A stretch of 64,000 bases of DNA from the human T2T-CHM13v2.0 reference genome, Homo sapiens. Positions within the stretch are counted from its first letter, which is position 1; each line of letters starts with the position of its first letter. The DNA is taken from assembly GCF_009914755.1 (NCBI RefSeq), contig NC_060931.1; one strand, written 5' to 3'. Shown here piece after piece: positions 44,764 through 60,447 of this stretch. Position numbers and translations under genes: made by a program. The notes beneath the pieces are model-generated. The model ran no database searches. It saw only the letters and a list, made by a program, of their open reading frames with translations, and was not told the DNA's origin.

Positions 44764-47700
44764 ATAATATAAACTTGGACACACATAATATAAACTAGGA
44801 TGCTCTATCAAGGAAACAATAAAATGTTACCTTTTTTTCCCAATGTAAGTTTACCATGATTTTGCTTTTTTCTTATTCCTGTGATGCTTTTTATAAAATA
44901 AATTATAAAGTATTCATTGAATGAATTTATATCTTCTAATCAGAATTTTCCTTAGGAACTTCTCTAATTGTGTAGTTAGGGTAAAAATTGCTTTGTATAT
45001 GCCTGTGGTTTCAAAAGACTGGAATGTGCTATTTATCTTTTTATTTACTGAAGGTTTTCACTTACTTCTTATGTATTTCTTATACTGTATTAATTCTAAA
45101 GTATTAACCTATTTCCAGGTGTAATGATGATAAGTACACAAAGGTCAGCATTGATTAAAAAAAGTGGGGGGAAGGAATTTAATTCTGGAGCTAAAATCCA
45201 TTTAGTTAAACAGATCAAGGACATACATTAATAGGCTGCTGCAAGCACATAATAGCCTAAGACATAAATAGGCAAATATTTTTTTCCTTGGATGTTAAAT
45301 TCACAGTATTCACAGTAGCTGCCTAGAGTATTATGTTAAGAAAGAGGCTGAGGTTTGTCGGAAAAGAATTAGTAGTGCTTATCTGGGAGTGCCTAAACTA
45401 GTGCCTGGGAGGTTGTGGTGACACAAGTGCCACATATTTGCTAATCCTTGTCTAAAGCTTCCCTTAACTATTTAGTTTAGCTAGTTCATTAATACTATAT
45501 AATATCATAACTTATTTTGTTTTGTTTTTCATAATTTGTCTACAGAGATTACATTATTTTCCAAAATTTTTGTATAGATTATTACAAATAAGTAAATGTC
45601 AGATATTTTATGCAGGTATCTGGAACTAAATTATCAATATTTATAAATATGATCTAAATCAAACAGTACACTTGCTAAAGCAATCTACAGATGAAAACCA
45701 GAGTCTCATTTAGAATTGCCCAAAGACAAAAGGGAAGGGACTCAGGAGCCTTGAATAAATGGGGAAATTGTTCCTTTTCAATTCAGTTGCAGAAATATTT
45801 ATTTAGCAAGTACCAAGATATTCTCGGAATTAGATTATGCACTGAGAGCCTCATAATCTAATGCGAAAACAGACATATTATTCCAAAGTATAATTGCCTA
45901 AATTAATAATTATAGAATTGCTAAAATTTTCTGAAGTGTTAATTATGGAATTACTAAAAGCCAGCTTAGATGTAACAAAAAAGATCTAGGAATTGTCCGA
46001 TACATTTATTAATCTTATCAAAATACTGGAGATTTACAAAATCAGAGATTTTTTTACTTTTGGGCTCAAAAAATTGAAGTTCTTCTTGGACAGTGTAATT
46101 AATCTTATAATTTTAGGTAGGTCACTCGAATTTTGAGATTAAAACTCTAGAATACTTTATAATAGCAGTGTTTTATATTTGAATAGCACTTTAAAATTTG
46201 CAAAGTGTTATGTTTTCAGATACTTTACTTGGTAATATAAATAGGTCAAGTACTGTCTTCACTTCCTATGTAAGGCTACTGTGGCTCAGAAAATTTAAAC
46301 AAGTTACTCTAGTTTACAAAGCCAGTGGAGTTGGAAGTCAAACCCAAGTACTTGGGTTTCTAATTCCAAATCCTTTCTTTATGTTAGAGTAAGCTCAACA
46401 TAATATATTCTTGAAAGCAACTTAGAAACATACATCATTATAAGGTAAAATAAAATTTATTTATTTACTTTTCTTATTGCTCACCATGTGAAGAACCTGT
46501 GAACAGCAAGAAACTTTCTTTAATTCCCTAAAGAAAATTATCTTATACCTTGTTATGCACCTGCTATTTTCAGCATTTATCCTAAAAAATGTGGCATTGG
46601 ATAATTAACCAATTATATGAATTTTATTTAACTGTTTTGTTGTTCTAATTATGGGGTTAAATATAATTATTTTTCTATAGCTTTGTAAAGGAAAACATCA
46701 TAAGTTAATTTTCATTGTGTATCTTGGCTCTTGCTGAGGAAAATATTCAAAATAAAAGCTTTGTCTTACCTAAAAATGGAGGAGGATGGCGTCAGAATTT
46801 ACTGTCATCTTAACTGATTTCTAATAAGGTGTCTCTGAACATACAGGTCTCACATAATTCACAGCTGCCTTTGGTCTTGATTTTTTCTTTCTTTTTTCTT
46901 TTTGAAAACTGAATATTTTTTTACTTTATTTAAAGCCCAATATTTGGATAATAAAAAGGAGACAGGGACATAGAAATAAGTGTAGTAAAAAAGCCAGATA
47001 TCTTCCTGTTTGCTCTAAGAAACTTAATATTCTGTAGCTTGTATATAGTCATGTAAATAAAGATAAAATTAGTTCTGTTTTTTCAGTTTAAGTTCAAGTT
47101 GATATTTGAAATAGCTTTTAAAAAAAAAGTTAAGTCAAACCCAAAGAATCCTGTAAACCTTTTACTGGAAATATTTATGGCTATGATATCCTTGTCCCTT
47201 TTTCTCATTTTTTTGTGTAATTTTAGCCAGGACATTGATTTCATTACACAATTGAAGAATCCTGTATAATTACAGCATTTAAATGAAATGGAAAAAGAAT
47301 TTTGTTACTGGTATTTATCTTTTTTTCCAAACTGAGAAGGAACAATTCTTACAGTGAGAATCTGCCAGCCAGGTCTCAGTGTTGATTATAATCGTATTTT
47401 AAAAACATAAATGAACGATTTTTATTTAATCATTTTCCAAAGGATGGATTGAAGCACAAAATCTGTTGCACACCCAGAAGACAGTGCAAGAATGGACTGG
47501 GTTGGGGATGTAGCCAACCATCTAATTACACCAATAGATTCACAGCACAGTTGGGTCACAAATTATGTTTCTAAATTTAGAAGGTGAATCTCCACCATAA
47601 ATTATTGAAAAGCACTCTGTGGTACTCCTCTCTCCATTTCCCACAAATTAGATTACTGAAAGCTATAAAGCATCTTTAGAATGTGTTTTCCTTGCTGTTT

Positions 47701-48055
47701 AAAAATGTTCCTTTATCATCAATTAGTGCCAACCTTGACATCAGCTATAACCAGAAAACATTGAAACCAAAGGATAAAATAAAGAAGCAAGGAAATTATT
47801 TCTAAAAGAAACAGAAGAAGCTTTTTTACTTGCTAGGGAGATTTAACTCCTTAAAATATTTGTGAGTTTCCATCTCTAAAATTTTCTTGGGATAGAAATG
47901 TAATGACATATTACATAAATAGGGTCCCCAGCACATTTTATTTCCTTGCTGATCGTATTAGGTAAAATAATTACAGCTGAGCTAGAACAAATTTTGATAA
48001 AATAATTTCATTCTACCATAAATTAAGTCATTTGCATTATTTGTCCAACTTTACT

Positions 48056-48373
<318 letters not shown>

Positions 48374-49188
48374 CACCTTTAGTTTTTGAGCTTATATATA
48401 CTCACCACTTTCATTCATATGATTTATGAACCTGAAAAACAGTTGATGGAAGATATTAGAAAATAAGATTATGTATAACATTACACTAAATTTAAGGTTT
48501 GGCCTCTCTATTTCAGTTATGATTTTCTCTACACCACCTCTCTTCCTGTGTCTATAAAATGGGAATAACAATCCTTACTGTGTACTTACTTAAATGGGAT
48601 GATTCGCAAGTTCCTCGTTCACAAGAGATTTTTCAAATTGTTTTTTATTTTCTAAATTGAATATGCAGTGATGTGCCATGCAGAACTCTGGTTCCAAGTT
48701 AAAAATGTCCAATTCAAATAGCTGCAGGGTATTTATTGGCTCACATAAACGATGGCCCTGGAAGTAGAACCAGCTTTATATATAGCTATACTCGGGAGTC
48801 ACACATAGTTTTATCCACCTTCAGTTTTGCTACAAATTGTGTTGTCCTCAAACTCAGGTTTTCTGGTATAGAAAGATGGCAGTGGAGCTCAAGTGCCTAC
48901 CTTTTCTGAGACCTTAGTCTAGTAGATTTCCATTCCCAGGATTCCTTGGAGATACTTGTTGAATCTCAGAGATTTTGATTAACTCAGCATGTCCATTTCT
49001 TAACCCTTGCTAATGAGAAAGAAGAGAATAAAGCTTTTTTCATTTCATATCCCAGAAAATGTGCATGCAGTTCTGCTCCCATTTTTCCTACAGTATTTCA
49101 AGTGAACCACTCAGTGACAATCCCATCAACTTATACTGCCTTACTCTTTTAATTTAATATGAAATAGAACTGTCATTAACTGAAAGGG

Positions 49189-49261
49189 AAATTGCTTCAG
49201 TGAATATATTTGTGAAGAAATAAAATTGCTTCAGTGAATATATTTGTGAAGAAATAAAATT
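49189..49261. repeat. Perfect 34-bp tandem duplication
   Basis: aaattgcttcagtgaatatatttgtgaagaaata x2. Confidence 0.97.
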
Positions 49262-51784
49262 CATGAGATATTATAAATTTGATTTGCCTTCAAAATTTTA
49301 ATTTAACTTTTAAAATTAGTTACAAAATATAGTTTTAAAAATAATCTAATTATTCATAAACTTTTAATTGAGAGTTTCTTTCTGATTAGTTGCTGTCTGC
49401 CCCTGTGCAGCTGACCCATTATATTTACAAATTGGTTGATCTCTGCATATAGGCCATAATAGTTTTATAAACTGTAGGTTATAAACGTCTGCTCTAATTA
49501 ATTTTCTTTCATATCAACTGAATTTGATGTTGTTGAGGCATTAGTGAGTTTTTTAAAAATAGTTTACATAGAGCTTCATTTTGTTGATTAGTCAAAAGTA
49601 TTGTTAAACTGGCTTCATGGTGTTTGAAATCACCTATTTTCAGGTGATAAGACTTTCTAAATTGATTTTTCCTTGTTCCTGGATGGGTCTTATTCTGCCA
49701 GATGGGAGTTAGATCACTTCCATTGAAAGAGAGTCTGCATGTGTTCCCAGAAGCACACACGTGTATGCAAATGCACACACTGACACTACAGAGTCTGGTT
49801 CGTGTGTTCTTTCTCACTATCTGAGGTTGTGTATGGCCATACACGCCTCAGATGGGGTTGGTTTTTATAAAAACGTTAAGGCTGAATCATATTTGTTGTA
49901 TTGTGACATTTGCTGCCTTGCCATCAAAGAGTAGGTGCCTTTGTGCTGACAACTCTTTGGCATTTTGCCCCAGGGAAGTGTTGCATTATCAAAAGAGACG
50001 CTCACCCTCTCAGTGCCAGGGTGCTGGTAATTAAATCGTGGATGGTTGACCAGAATTCACAGGTGAAAATGATGAAAAGAATGTATTGAAATGAAAACCT
50101 GAACTAGGCAGCATTATATCTAATGAGCAAGAGGAGAGCTCTTTTAGGCTTGGTAACTTAGATGAGCATATGTGAACTATGGCTAATGCTTCTGATAGAA
50201 AATGGTTACTAGGAAACCATAAAAAACCCTCTAATTATGTGACCTCCAAGCTATACCAATAAATATAGAATTCAGATGAGTTTGTGCTAAAACCAGTAGT
50301 AACCCACTAATATTATTAATACTCTTGTAGTTTGTTTCCAAAGGAAGTAAGATTTATTGTCCTTTTAAGTACTGGATAACAATTCACAAAGATTGAATTT
50401 ATTTAAAAGTTCATAGCCAATGCTACTGTGTTTTAACTGATGAATTTTGGTTTCCTTTTGCAGTGTTCTGTATCATGGCGAAAGGTCACAAAATAATATC
50501 TTGCTATCAAAACTTTTTTTTGTGGCTTAACTAGGCAAAACTTCGATTAATAAATGATAAGCTGTAGACCTCTACTCAGAGTAGTAACAAAGAGAGAGCT
50601 GGAGGTGGTGGCTCTTGCTTGTCACTCCAACTCCCATGGAGGGTCCTTCCTTCTTCAACCTGACTTTCTTATCCCCACAGACCTCATGTGGAACCTTGTA
50701 CCATGGGTGCTATTCTGTGGCTGCTGTAGGATCTTCCCAGGTAGAACCAGACCTTATCCTTTTTCTTTGGTTTCTTGGGAGTAGAGCTGAACATGAGTGG
50801 GTGACTTCCTTTTCCAGGCTATTGGTCAAAGCTGCGGTCAGCAACAACTTGGCCAAGATATGCTTGACCCAGTTTTGCCACGGGCTACTGACCAAGAGGT
50901 TGCTGTTCGGAGTTGGCATGAGTCAGAGAAGCAGGTTACCAGCAGGTTACCAGCTGGGCAAAACTCAGATCGATTAGACATATCTTGGGGTCTTTTTACC
51001 CCTCTCTACTCGTGTTATAATTTTTTATCTTAGGCCCCTGCATTCCTTCCTCTCCTTAGCCACAACTGCCTGATATCTGTTACTTCCTACTAAGTTTTAA
51101 CAGATAAACCAGACTGAGGTTAAAATGCTAAGAATTAACTCCTCTTCCCAGAAAAGTGTAATAGAAGGATACTATAGTGGAGTGGGAATTTGATAGGAAA
51201 GCATAAAATTATATTAAACTGGTAAGTGAAAAAATTTTCTACAAAAATGGTGAGTAAATAAATAGCATTTTGGTAGTTTACATGCTCAGATGCTTTATTT
51301 TTCTAGTTTTTTTTTAAAGCATTTGTCTTCTGGGGAAGCAATTTTATAACAGGTAATGTAAGCTTCCTTTGACTGACTGTAATTGACTAATGGCAACCAC
51401 AGAAAACAGCCCTTAGCCTTCAATTTTTGCTCCCTTGCCAGTAAATCGTCCTGCCTGGGGTGATGATTTAATTTTCATGGTATTCAAATTACAAATTAAC
51501 ATTTGCAAGTGTAGATTTGGGGGATTATGCTGGAGCCTAGTAGAGTTCTCTAAGGATAGTGTGTCCCCTTGGGCTACATCATATAACTTCCTTATTAAAG
51601 TGAAAGGAAATTCCCTTTTGGTTTTCTTACAGCTTTTCTTCCTGTCCTCATATTTAAGAAAGGCATCCATCTATTCCACTTTAAATATCAAGCTTTTCTT
51701 ATATCAAGTATTTCAGATAGTCAGTTTGCATACTGCTTATGGATGAAGTTAAGGGTTTTGGAAATGTTAGCCTACAGATTTGCT

Positions 51785-52024
51785 TTTTTTTTTTTTTTTC
51801 GAGACAGAGGTTCTGCTCATCACCCATGGCTCACTGGAGCCTCAAATTCCTGGGCACAGGCAATCTTCCCACCTCAGCCTCTTGGGTAGCCGGGACTACA
51901 GACATGTACTACCACGCACCACTGATCTTTTTGACTTTTTGTAGAGACAGGATGTCATTGTGTTGTCCAGGCTCGTCTCCAACTCCTGGCCTCAAGTGAT
52001 CCTCCTGCTTCAGCCTCCCAAAGT
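51785..52024 (-). mobile_element. Alu (AluJ), internally deleted and 5'-truncated
   Basis: Antisense J-type Alu ending at cctcccaaagt. Confidence 0.9.
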
Positions 52025-52316
52025 TATGTTTGCTTCTAATAATCATAGTTGTTCATGAGTAGAAGGTATAATTCCAGCCCATCACCATACTGATGATAAT
52101 TTATAGCATTATTTGTACTTGTGTTTGTAGTTTAACCTGTGTGGAATTATAGAGAGGAAACAAATCTTTTGACAGGGGCTAAGCTTGGTTTCAGGGCAGA
52201 ATAAACAATATTTTTTTCAATTATATAAAATTTTGTAGAATTATGGTAAATAGCAACTGCATTTGAGGACCAAAATTCAAAGGTTTCTGTATTTTATGGA
52301 ATTCGAATTCATTCTA

Positions 52317-52731
<415 letters not shown>

Positions 52732-54249
52732 TTATTAAAACAACCTAATGATCTACTGTGACTAACATTTTGCAACTCAACCTATTTAATAGGCTCTGGA
52801 AAATAAGCAATGATTTCTAGAGAAGAGTAAAAAAGCCAGAAGAAGAAAATTAAATAAGCGGCACTCTTTCTGTGGGGAAGCCTATTAACCGTGGAAAAGA
52901 ATAACAAAGTTAGGCAAAAGAAGCCTACAACAAATCTTGCGTATGTGTACGTGTGCATGCGTATACATACATACACACATATATTTCTCTCAGACATACG
53001 CAGACTTTTCAGTCAGAAAAAAAAGGCTAAATGTTGGAAACCAGTACTTAATTGATTTTTAGAATGCAAACCTAACCCTTTTTGACATAGATTGATCCTA
53101 TTACAAAATTCATAAAATTTAAAAATAAAAATCTGTTATGTAATGCTTAAGTAGATATTGGTAATTTGGGATTAAGTTTCAGTTAAAATGGTAAAGGGAG
53201 AATTTTAGTGGAAGTGTTTATTGTAAAATTGAATGATACTAAAATATTTTGCTTACAATTTTTTTAAAAGTCCAAAATGCTTAAAAAGTTTTGGTCATAT
53301 CCAATATTTCCTAAAATGTTTATAATATTGTAACCTGGTAGTGTGACATTTGCCCCTCATTTTGTTAGCAGCTGTATTATGCTCTCTAATAATACAATTT
53401 CTTTTTTATTATGTAAATATAACACTGAAATTAGTACTAGGAAAAGCAACTGCGTGTTAAAAACCATCATATTTTTTACTGGCAAATTTGGACTGAAGTT
53501 GTCACTTTGTCACTTTTGTCATTGCCTACCTTTATCTCCAGGGCAGCATCTGATCAGAGATCTCCCTTAATTATTTTAAGATCACTGTGTTACTGTTAGA
53601 TTTTTTAAATAAACATTTAGATGAAATATTTGATTAAACTGTTACACTAAAAATGTGTTTAAACTAATATGACTTTAGTCAGTTTCCTATGATGATAATG
53701 TAGCTTACATGTAAGGGATGCATCTTATGTACCAGACATTCAGCTAGACAGCTGACATAGATTATCTCATTTCATCCTCCCAAATGTGAGGATGAGAAAA
53801 CAGAGGCCTGGAGAAACTGAGCAGTGTGGTCGTGATCACTAAATTAGTAAATGGTTATGTTTTGACTAAGTATTTCTTGTTATCATGTAATACTATCTAT
53901 CTCCTTTAAATAGTTATAAAACTCAGAGTTTACAACTTCTGGTCTTAACATTAAAAAAAAATCATCTGGAAATTATGACTATCATATAAAAGTATGTTTT
54001 AACCTTCAAATAATGATGTTATAAGCAATTCCATCTTCACAGTCACCCGCCAGTATTTGATCTCTGATAAATGAATTGTTTGTTGCACACAGCCTCTTAG
54101 CTTCTTTCCTTTGTCTAGGCTTCTGGTTCTCATCCACTCTTCATAGAACTGTTTTATAAAATTACTCAGACACTAGGTTCACATTATTACTCGATTATTT
54201 TTAAGAATGCTGTTAAAAGTCAGGAACCTTTATTTATTTATTTTCTTAA

Positions 54250-57200
54250 TTAAAACCCTCATACAGAAAATGCTCAATGAACATATTCTAGTTCTTAACC
54301 CCCAGATGAAGAAATAAAATAATGCCAGTGCATTAGAATTATAGCAAGCAAGCCCCCAACCCCAACCCCAATCCAACCTTCTTCCCCAAAGGTAATCTCT
54401 ATCTTGATTTCTATCAGTGTTTTTGTTTCATTTTGCCTGTTTTTATGCTGTATAAAATATCATGATATTGTATATATTCTTTTGTGACTGGCCTTTTTAT
54501 TCAAACTTAAGTTGGTGAGATTGATTCACAATGTCGTTTATAACTTTAGTTTGTTGATTTTTACTGCTGTATAATATCTACTCCATGACTGTGAATATAT
54601 ATGACAATTTACTTACCACTTTACTCTTGATGGGTGTTTAGGTGTGTCCAGTTTTGATCATGTTTAATAGTGTTTTTATTATTGCTGTTTTTCCTATGCA
54701 TAGGGAAAACTTTATATGCCATTAATATGCCATAGGATAACATATAAATATAGTCAAATTTAATACTCAATATTGAACAGTTTTCCAGGGTGATTGTGCC
54801 AATGTATAGTCCTACTGGTACTGTATGAGAGTGCTGGTCACTCCAATTCCTTGTCCATACTTGGTGTCCACAGTTTTGTAATTTTAGCTATGCCACTGGG
54901 TATATAGTTTCAGTTTTAATTAAAATTTTTCTTGAAGAGTCCTATAACTGAAATAAATTGAACTCATCCTTAACTTATTTCTGGATTTATTTCTTACATT
55001 TGTTTAGGATTTTAGTCTCTATGTTTACGAATGAGATTAGTTTGTAATTTTCCTATCTTGAAATTCTCTTATTAGAGTTGGCGCCAAGATATACCCACAT
55101 AATGAGTTATTCAGTATTTTCTCTTTTCTGGAAGAACGTGGTGTTATTTCTTCCTTAAAGTTTTGCAACAGTTTACTGATAAAATTGTCTGTGCCTGCAG
55201 GTGTGTGTGTGGGGCAAGGGGAGGTTTTAAATTATGGGTTAGATTTGTTAAAAATTGTTTTATGACTATTCAAATACTCTATTTACTTATATGTCAGTTG
55301 TGTATGTTTGGCTAGTCCCTTGTATCTAAATTTTCCATTTTTATTTTTATAATGGAGAATCCTATTATATTTGAAGTCTCCTTTAATATTCCTGCATTAT
55401 TTGTTTGAATTTACTGAACCTCTTTGTTCTGCATATTTTTTCTATTTAAATAATTTCTGCAGTTACCTTTTTAAAAAATTTCCTTCAGTTTAACTTTTAT
55501 TTCTTTTTCTAAGTTTTGAAGTGGTTGGTTGCTTATTGATTTTGTTTTCCTTTATATATTGAAAACTGTAGTTTTTCCTCTCAGCATATTATGCTTTAGT
55601 TTTTCCCAGTTTTATTATCATCCAAATAAAATAATTTTTTGTTTTCCATTTGATTCCCTTTTTGACTTATGAGTGTAATACTTGTCAAACCCACAGATGT
55701 TATCTGTTTATTATTTATTATGAATTTCTGGATTAATTCCACTGGGGGTATAGGACATACTCAGATTTTAATACTTGGAAATTTGTTGAGACTCCTCTGG
55801 TCAATTATCCTCAAGGATTTGTATGTACTTGAAGTCATGTGATTAAGTTTTTGTTGCTTGTGTGGCATTTACTGAGGGAAATATGTTAAAATCTCCCAGC
55901 ATGTCTGTTTGTCTATTTGACTTTTATTTTAAACATATTTCATTTTCCTTTGTATCTAATAGTACTTTTTTATGGTGCTAATTTAACTACACTGGTTTTC
56001 TTTTGGTTAGTGTTTGCATAGTATATCTCTCATTCATTTCAAACTTTCTATATCTTTATATTTAAAATTTCTTTTAAGCAGCATGTTTTAGTCCAGACTG
56101 AAAATACTTGTCTTCTAAAATTGTGGTATTAATTCACTTCCATTTAATATGATTACAGCTACATTTGGATTTCAAACTACCATCATATTTTTTAGTTCTG
56201 AATGGTAGGTAGTGGCTTAAAAAGTTCTCAAAGTCATCTTTTTCCTACTTGAATATGTTAAGTATGTTTATTTTAATATCTGCATTGGATAGCACATTAT
56301 TTGTATTACCTGTAGGTTCATCTGTGTCATCTTGATTTTTGTCAGATTGTCTTGTCTCTTCACATGCCTAGTCATTTTTTAATTGCATGTCAGATGTTCT
56401 ATGTTAAAATTCTCAGAAACAATGTGAGGCCTAGTATGTTGTTTGAAATTAACAAGTCATTTTTCAAATGACAGGGAGCATTGCTATACAGTATTGCTAT
56501 ACTGGATCAATTTAATCAAAATTCTGGGATTGAAATGATTCAAGTGTGGTCTTTTATGTTATCTAGGAATATTTTATGCTTCCTTTTATTTCTGTGTTAT
56601 AACACCTTGGAGTCTCAATCCTACATAGAGTGTTTTGATATAACCCCCTCTTTGGTGAGTTCTGGACTTCAATTTATGTCCTCTAAGATTTAGTAGATTG
56701 TCAAACCTTTGTTTAGCCTCTCAGCTACCTTTTCTGAAATCACTAAACTTTCCAAGGGTCAATGTGATACCAAATTTTAGGCTTACTCCTCTGAATTCCT
56801 TCTTATCCTGTATCTTATCCCTTTAATACTTTCTTGTATGTTTGGGATATTTTGGGCACTTAGGATCTTTAGCTTGATGTCTTTCATCAGTTTTAGTTGC
56901 CTTTAAAAATATTTGTAGAGCTTTTTTAGTTCTTTCTACAAGTGTTGATTCTTTTTACCTGATACGCCATTATATGAAGTACAATTTCCTCTTTTAACAA
57001 ACTCTAAAATTTTTTTTAGTTTCTTGAAGTTCTTTGCTTTATGTTGGTTAATTTTATATTGCTTCTCCTTGTATAGATGCAACATAGTCTTGTATATTTC
57101 TAAAGATTCCCATTATTTTTAAATTGCTTATAGGTTCTTTTATTTCTTGAATTATCTGTATTTCATCTATTATTGATTTCCCTCCTGTTTATTTTGATAT

Positions 57201-57300
57201 TGCTTTTTATGTTGCTTACTTTCCCCACAAAGTCCTTCACTGTGATCCTTCATTATATATTCATTATTAAGAAAGAGGAAATACATTAGAGAGTCTGATT
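54250..57300 (-). mobile_element. Patchwork of highly diverged antisense L1M fragments
   Basis: T-rich, with motifs such as tggaaatttgttgagact, gttaaaatctccca and tggttagtgtttgcatagtatatct; boundaries approximate. Confidence 0.6.
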
Positions 57301-57718
57301 TCTGTGGAGGTGGGTGGGGTTTGTGAATTTTGCAGCTTTCATTTATAATTTTTTAAAGAGCAGAATGTAAACAATACAAATGCACTCTCTTTTTTCTGGG
57401 CTGCTAGTTTCTGCTGAGTGGGAATAGGAGCAGGATCTACTCTTTTGGAATCAGAATCTGAATAACTCTTCATACATTCAGATCTGAGTATTAGCCGTTG
57501 CCTTTTCATTCCTTGATTTTTTTTGAGACTAAAGTCTGTATTCTTCTGTCTTTATTTCTTTCCCAAAGTACAATAATTTATAGCTGTGTCTGATCTTCTT
57601 AATCAGTTACTAAGCTTCTACCCCTTTCCACTTCTATCTTTTGTAAATTTGTTAAAAATCCCTTATCCAGTGATGGACTCTCTTTCTTTTTCTAATGTGG
57701 AGATATATCTATTTAGAT

Positions 57719-58646
<928 letters not shown>

Positions 58647-58829
58647 ATCTGTGGTCTGCCCACTGCCATGCACTGAATGCTCCTTCTTACCTTTCTGAAG
58701 ATCGTCTGTCTGTTTCAGGGAAACCTTATTCTTCTCAATCTCCTTATTTCTACCATTTATAATTTCCCTCCCTCTTTTATAAAATATCTATTCATTCTTA
58801 TGCTTGACTATTTTCTCTTTCTCTAAGCA

Positions 58830-59350
58830 CTCTTATTTTTTCAAAGAGCTTCAATTACTGTCTATACACCAGTGACTTTCAAATCTGTTATCTGCCCACA
58901 AGACCCATCTGTAAAACTACCTACTTGGCATTCCTGTTTGGATGTTTCACAGTCAAATAAACTTTAATAAGGCCAAAATATCTCACCGTCTTCTTCCCTA
59001 CTCACACATTCCAAACTTACTGATCTTTCCTCTTTGTTCTCTGTCAGTTAATGGACTCACATTCCCAGTCAGTTATACAGACCAGAAATGTGGTAATCAT
59101 GTTTGATATTTCCCTCTCCCTCATACCCTACCTCTATCAGTCATTGACCTATTAATGCTTCCTATCAACTATCCTTTGAATGTTTCCAGTTTATCTCACT
59201 ATCATATATACTGGTCTCCATCTCACTCCAGGCCTCTGCTGCTTTCTCTGCCTGAAACAACTCTTGTTGTTTTTCCTGCTTTCTTGCCTAAGTTATACTT
59301 ATCTTTTAGACCTCTGATAAATGTCACTTTCTTGGAAAAGCTCTCCACAA
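58830..59350. mobile_element. L2 fragment
   Basis: cctacttggcattcc....ggatgt and cccagt....cagaccagaaa resemble L2. Confidence 0.6.
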
Positions 59351-59439
59351 ATCCCAGGGCTGTCATAAAATTCTATACTTGCCATTTATATTACCGTAAC
59401 TATAAATGATTGATAAATTATGTAACTTCATAAAATAAA

Positions 59440-60270
59440 CATTTTATTGTTGAAAATTTTAGATTTACAGAAAAGTTGCCAAGATATTACAGTCCCCATA
59501 TATTACTCATTCTTTTTGCCTTATGTGTTGTTAATATCTCATATCACTATATTACGTTTATTACAACCAGAGAACCCACGTTGGCACATTACTGTTGCCC
59601 AAACTCCACAGTTTATTTGGATTTTAATAGTTTTCCCCTTGTGTCCTCTTCCTGTTCCGGTATTCCATCTGGTATACAATATTGCATTTGGCCATCATAT
59701 ATATCCTTGCCTTCCTCTGGTCCATGCCATTTTCTCAGACTTTGTTTTTGAGGACCTTGAAAATCTTGAGTAGTACTACTCAGATATTTTATAAAATTCC
59801 ATCTGTTGGGTTATATCTGTTTTTTTCTTCATGGTTAGACTTAGGTTATAGGTGTTCAGAGAAAGATCATGGAGGTGAAGTACCTTTCCCTCAAATGATG
59901 CAGAGGGTACATATCAATATGACTTATCGCTGGTGATGTGAACTTTGACCACTTGGCTGAGGTAATGTTTGCTAGACTTCTTTAAAGTTACTTTTTTCTC
60001 CCTTTTTATACTCCACTCTTTAGAAGCAAGTCACTAAGCACAACTCATAAACAAGGGGGTGAAATTTAAACTCCTCCTTGAGAAGAGGGTATCTACATAA
60101 ATCATTTAGAATTCTTCTGTATGGGAGATTTATCTCTTCTCCATTTATTTATTTAACCACTTACTTAGATCAGTGTGGACACATGGATATTTATTTTATT
60201 CTTTGTGTTACAATTCAATACTACTTTATTTTGTTGCTCAAATTGTTATAGCTTTAACCATTGGAAGGTG
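59440..60270 (-). mobile_element. L1MC-like 3' end, antisense
   Basis: ttttagatttacagaaaagttgc...cttgaccacttggctgaggta...gtggac.catggatatttatttta. Confidence 0.8.
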
Positions 60271-60272
60271 TA

Positions 60273-60447
60273 ATTTTTTTTTTTTAAGAGAGGGGTCCTG
60301 CTGTGTTGCCCAGGCTGGAATGCAGTGGCTATTCATTCACAAGTGTGATCATAGTGTAATACAGCCTTGAACTCCTGGGCTCAAGTGAATCTCCTTCCTC
60401 AGTCTCCCTAGTGGCTAGACTACAGGCACGTGTCTCTTGGCCCAGCT
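60273..60447 (-). mobile_element. FAM (fossil Alu monomer)
   Basis: Monomer retaining the 7SL-like tgcagtggctattca...gatcatag segment. Confidence 0.8.
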
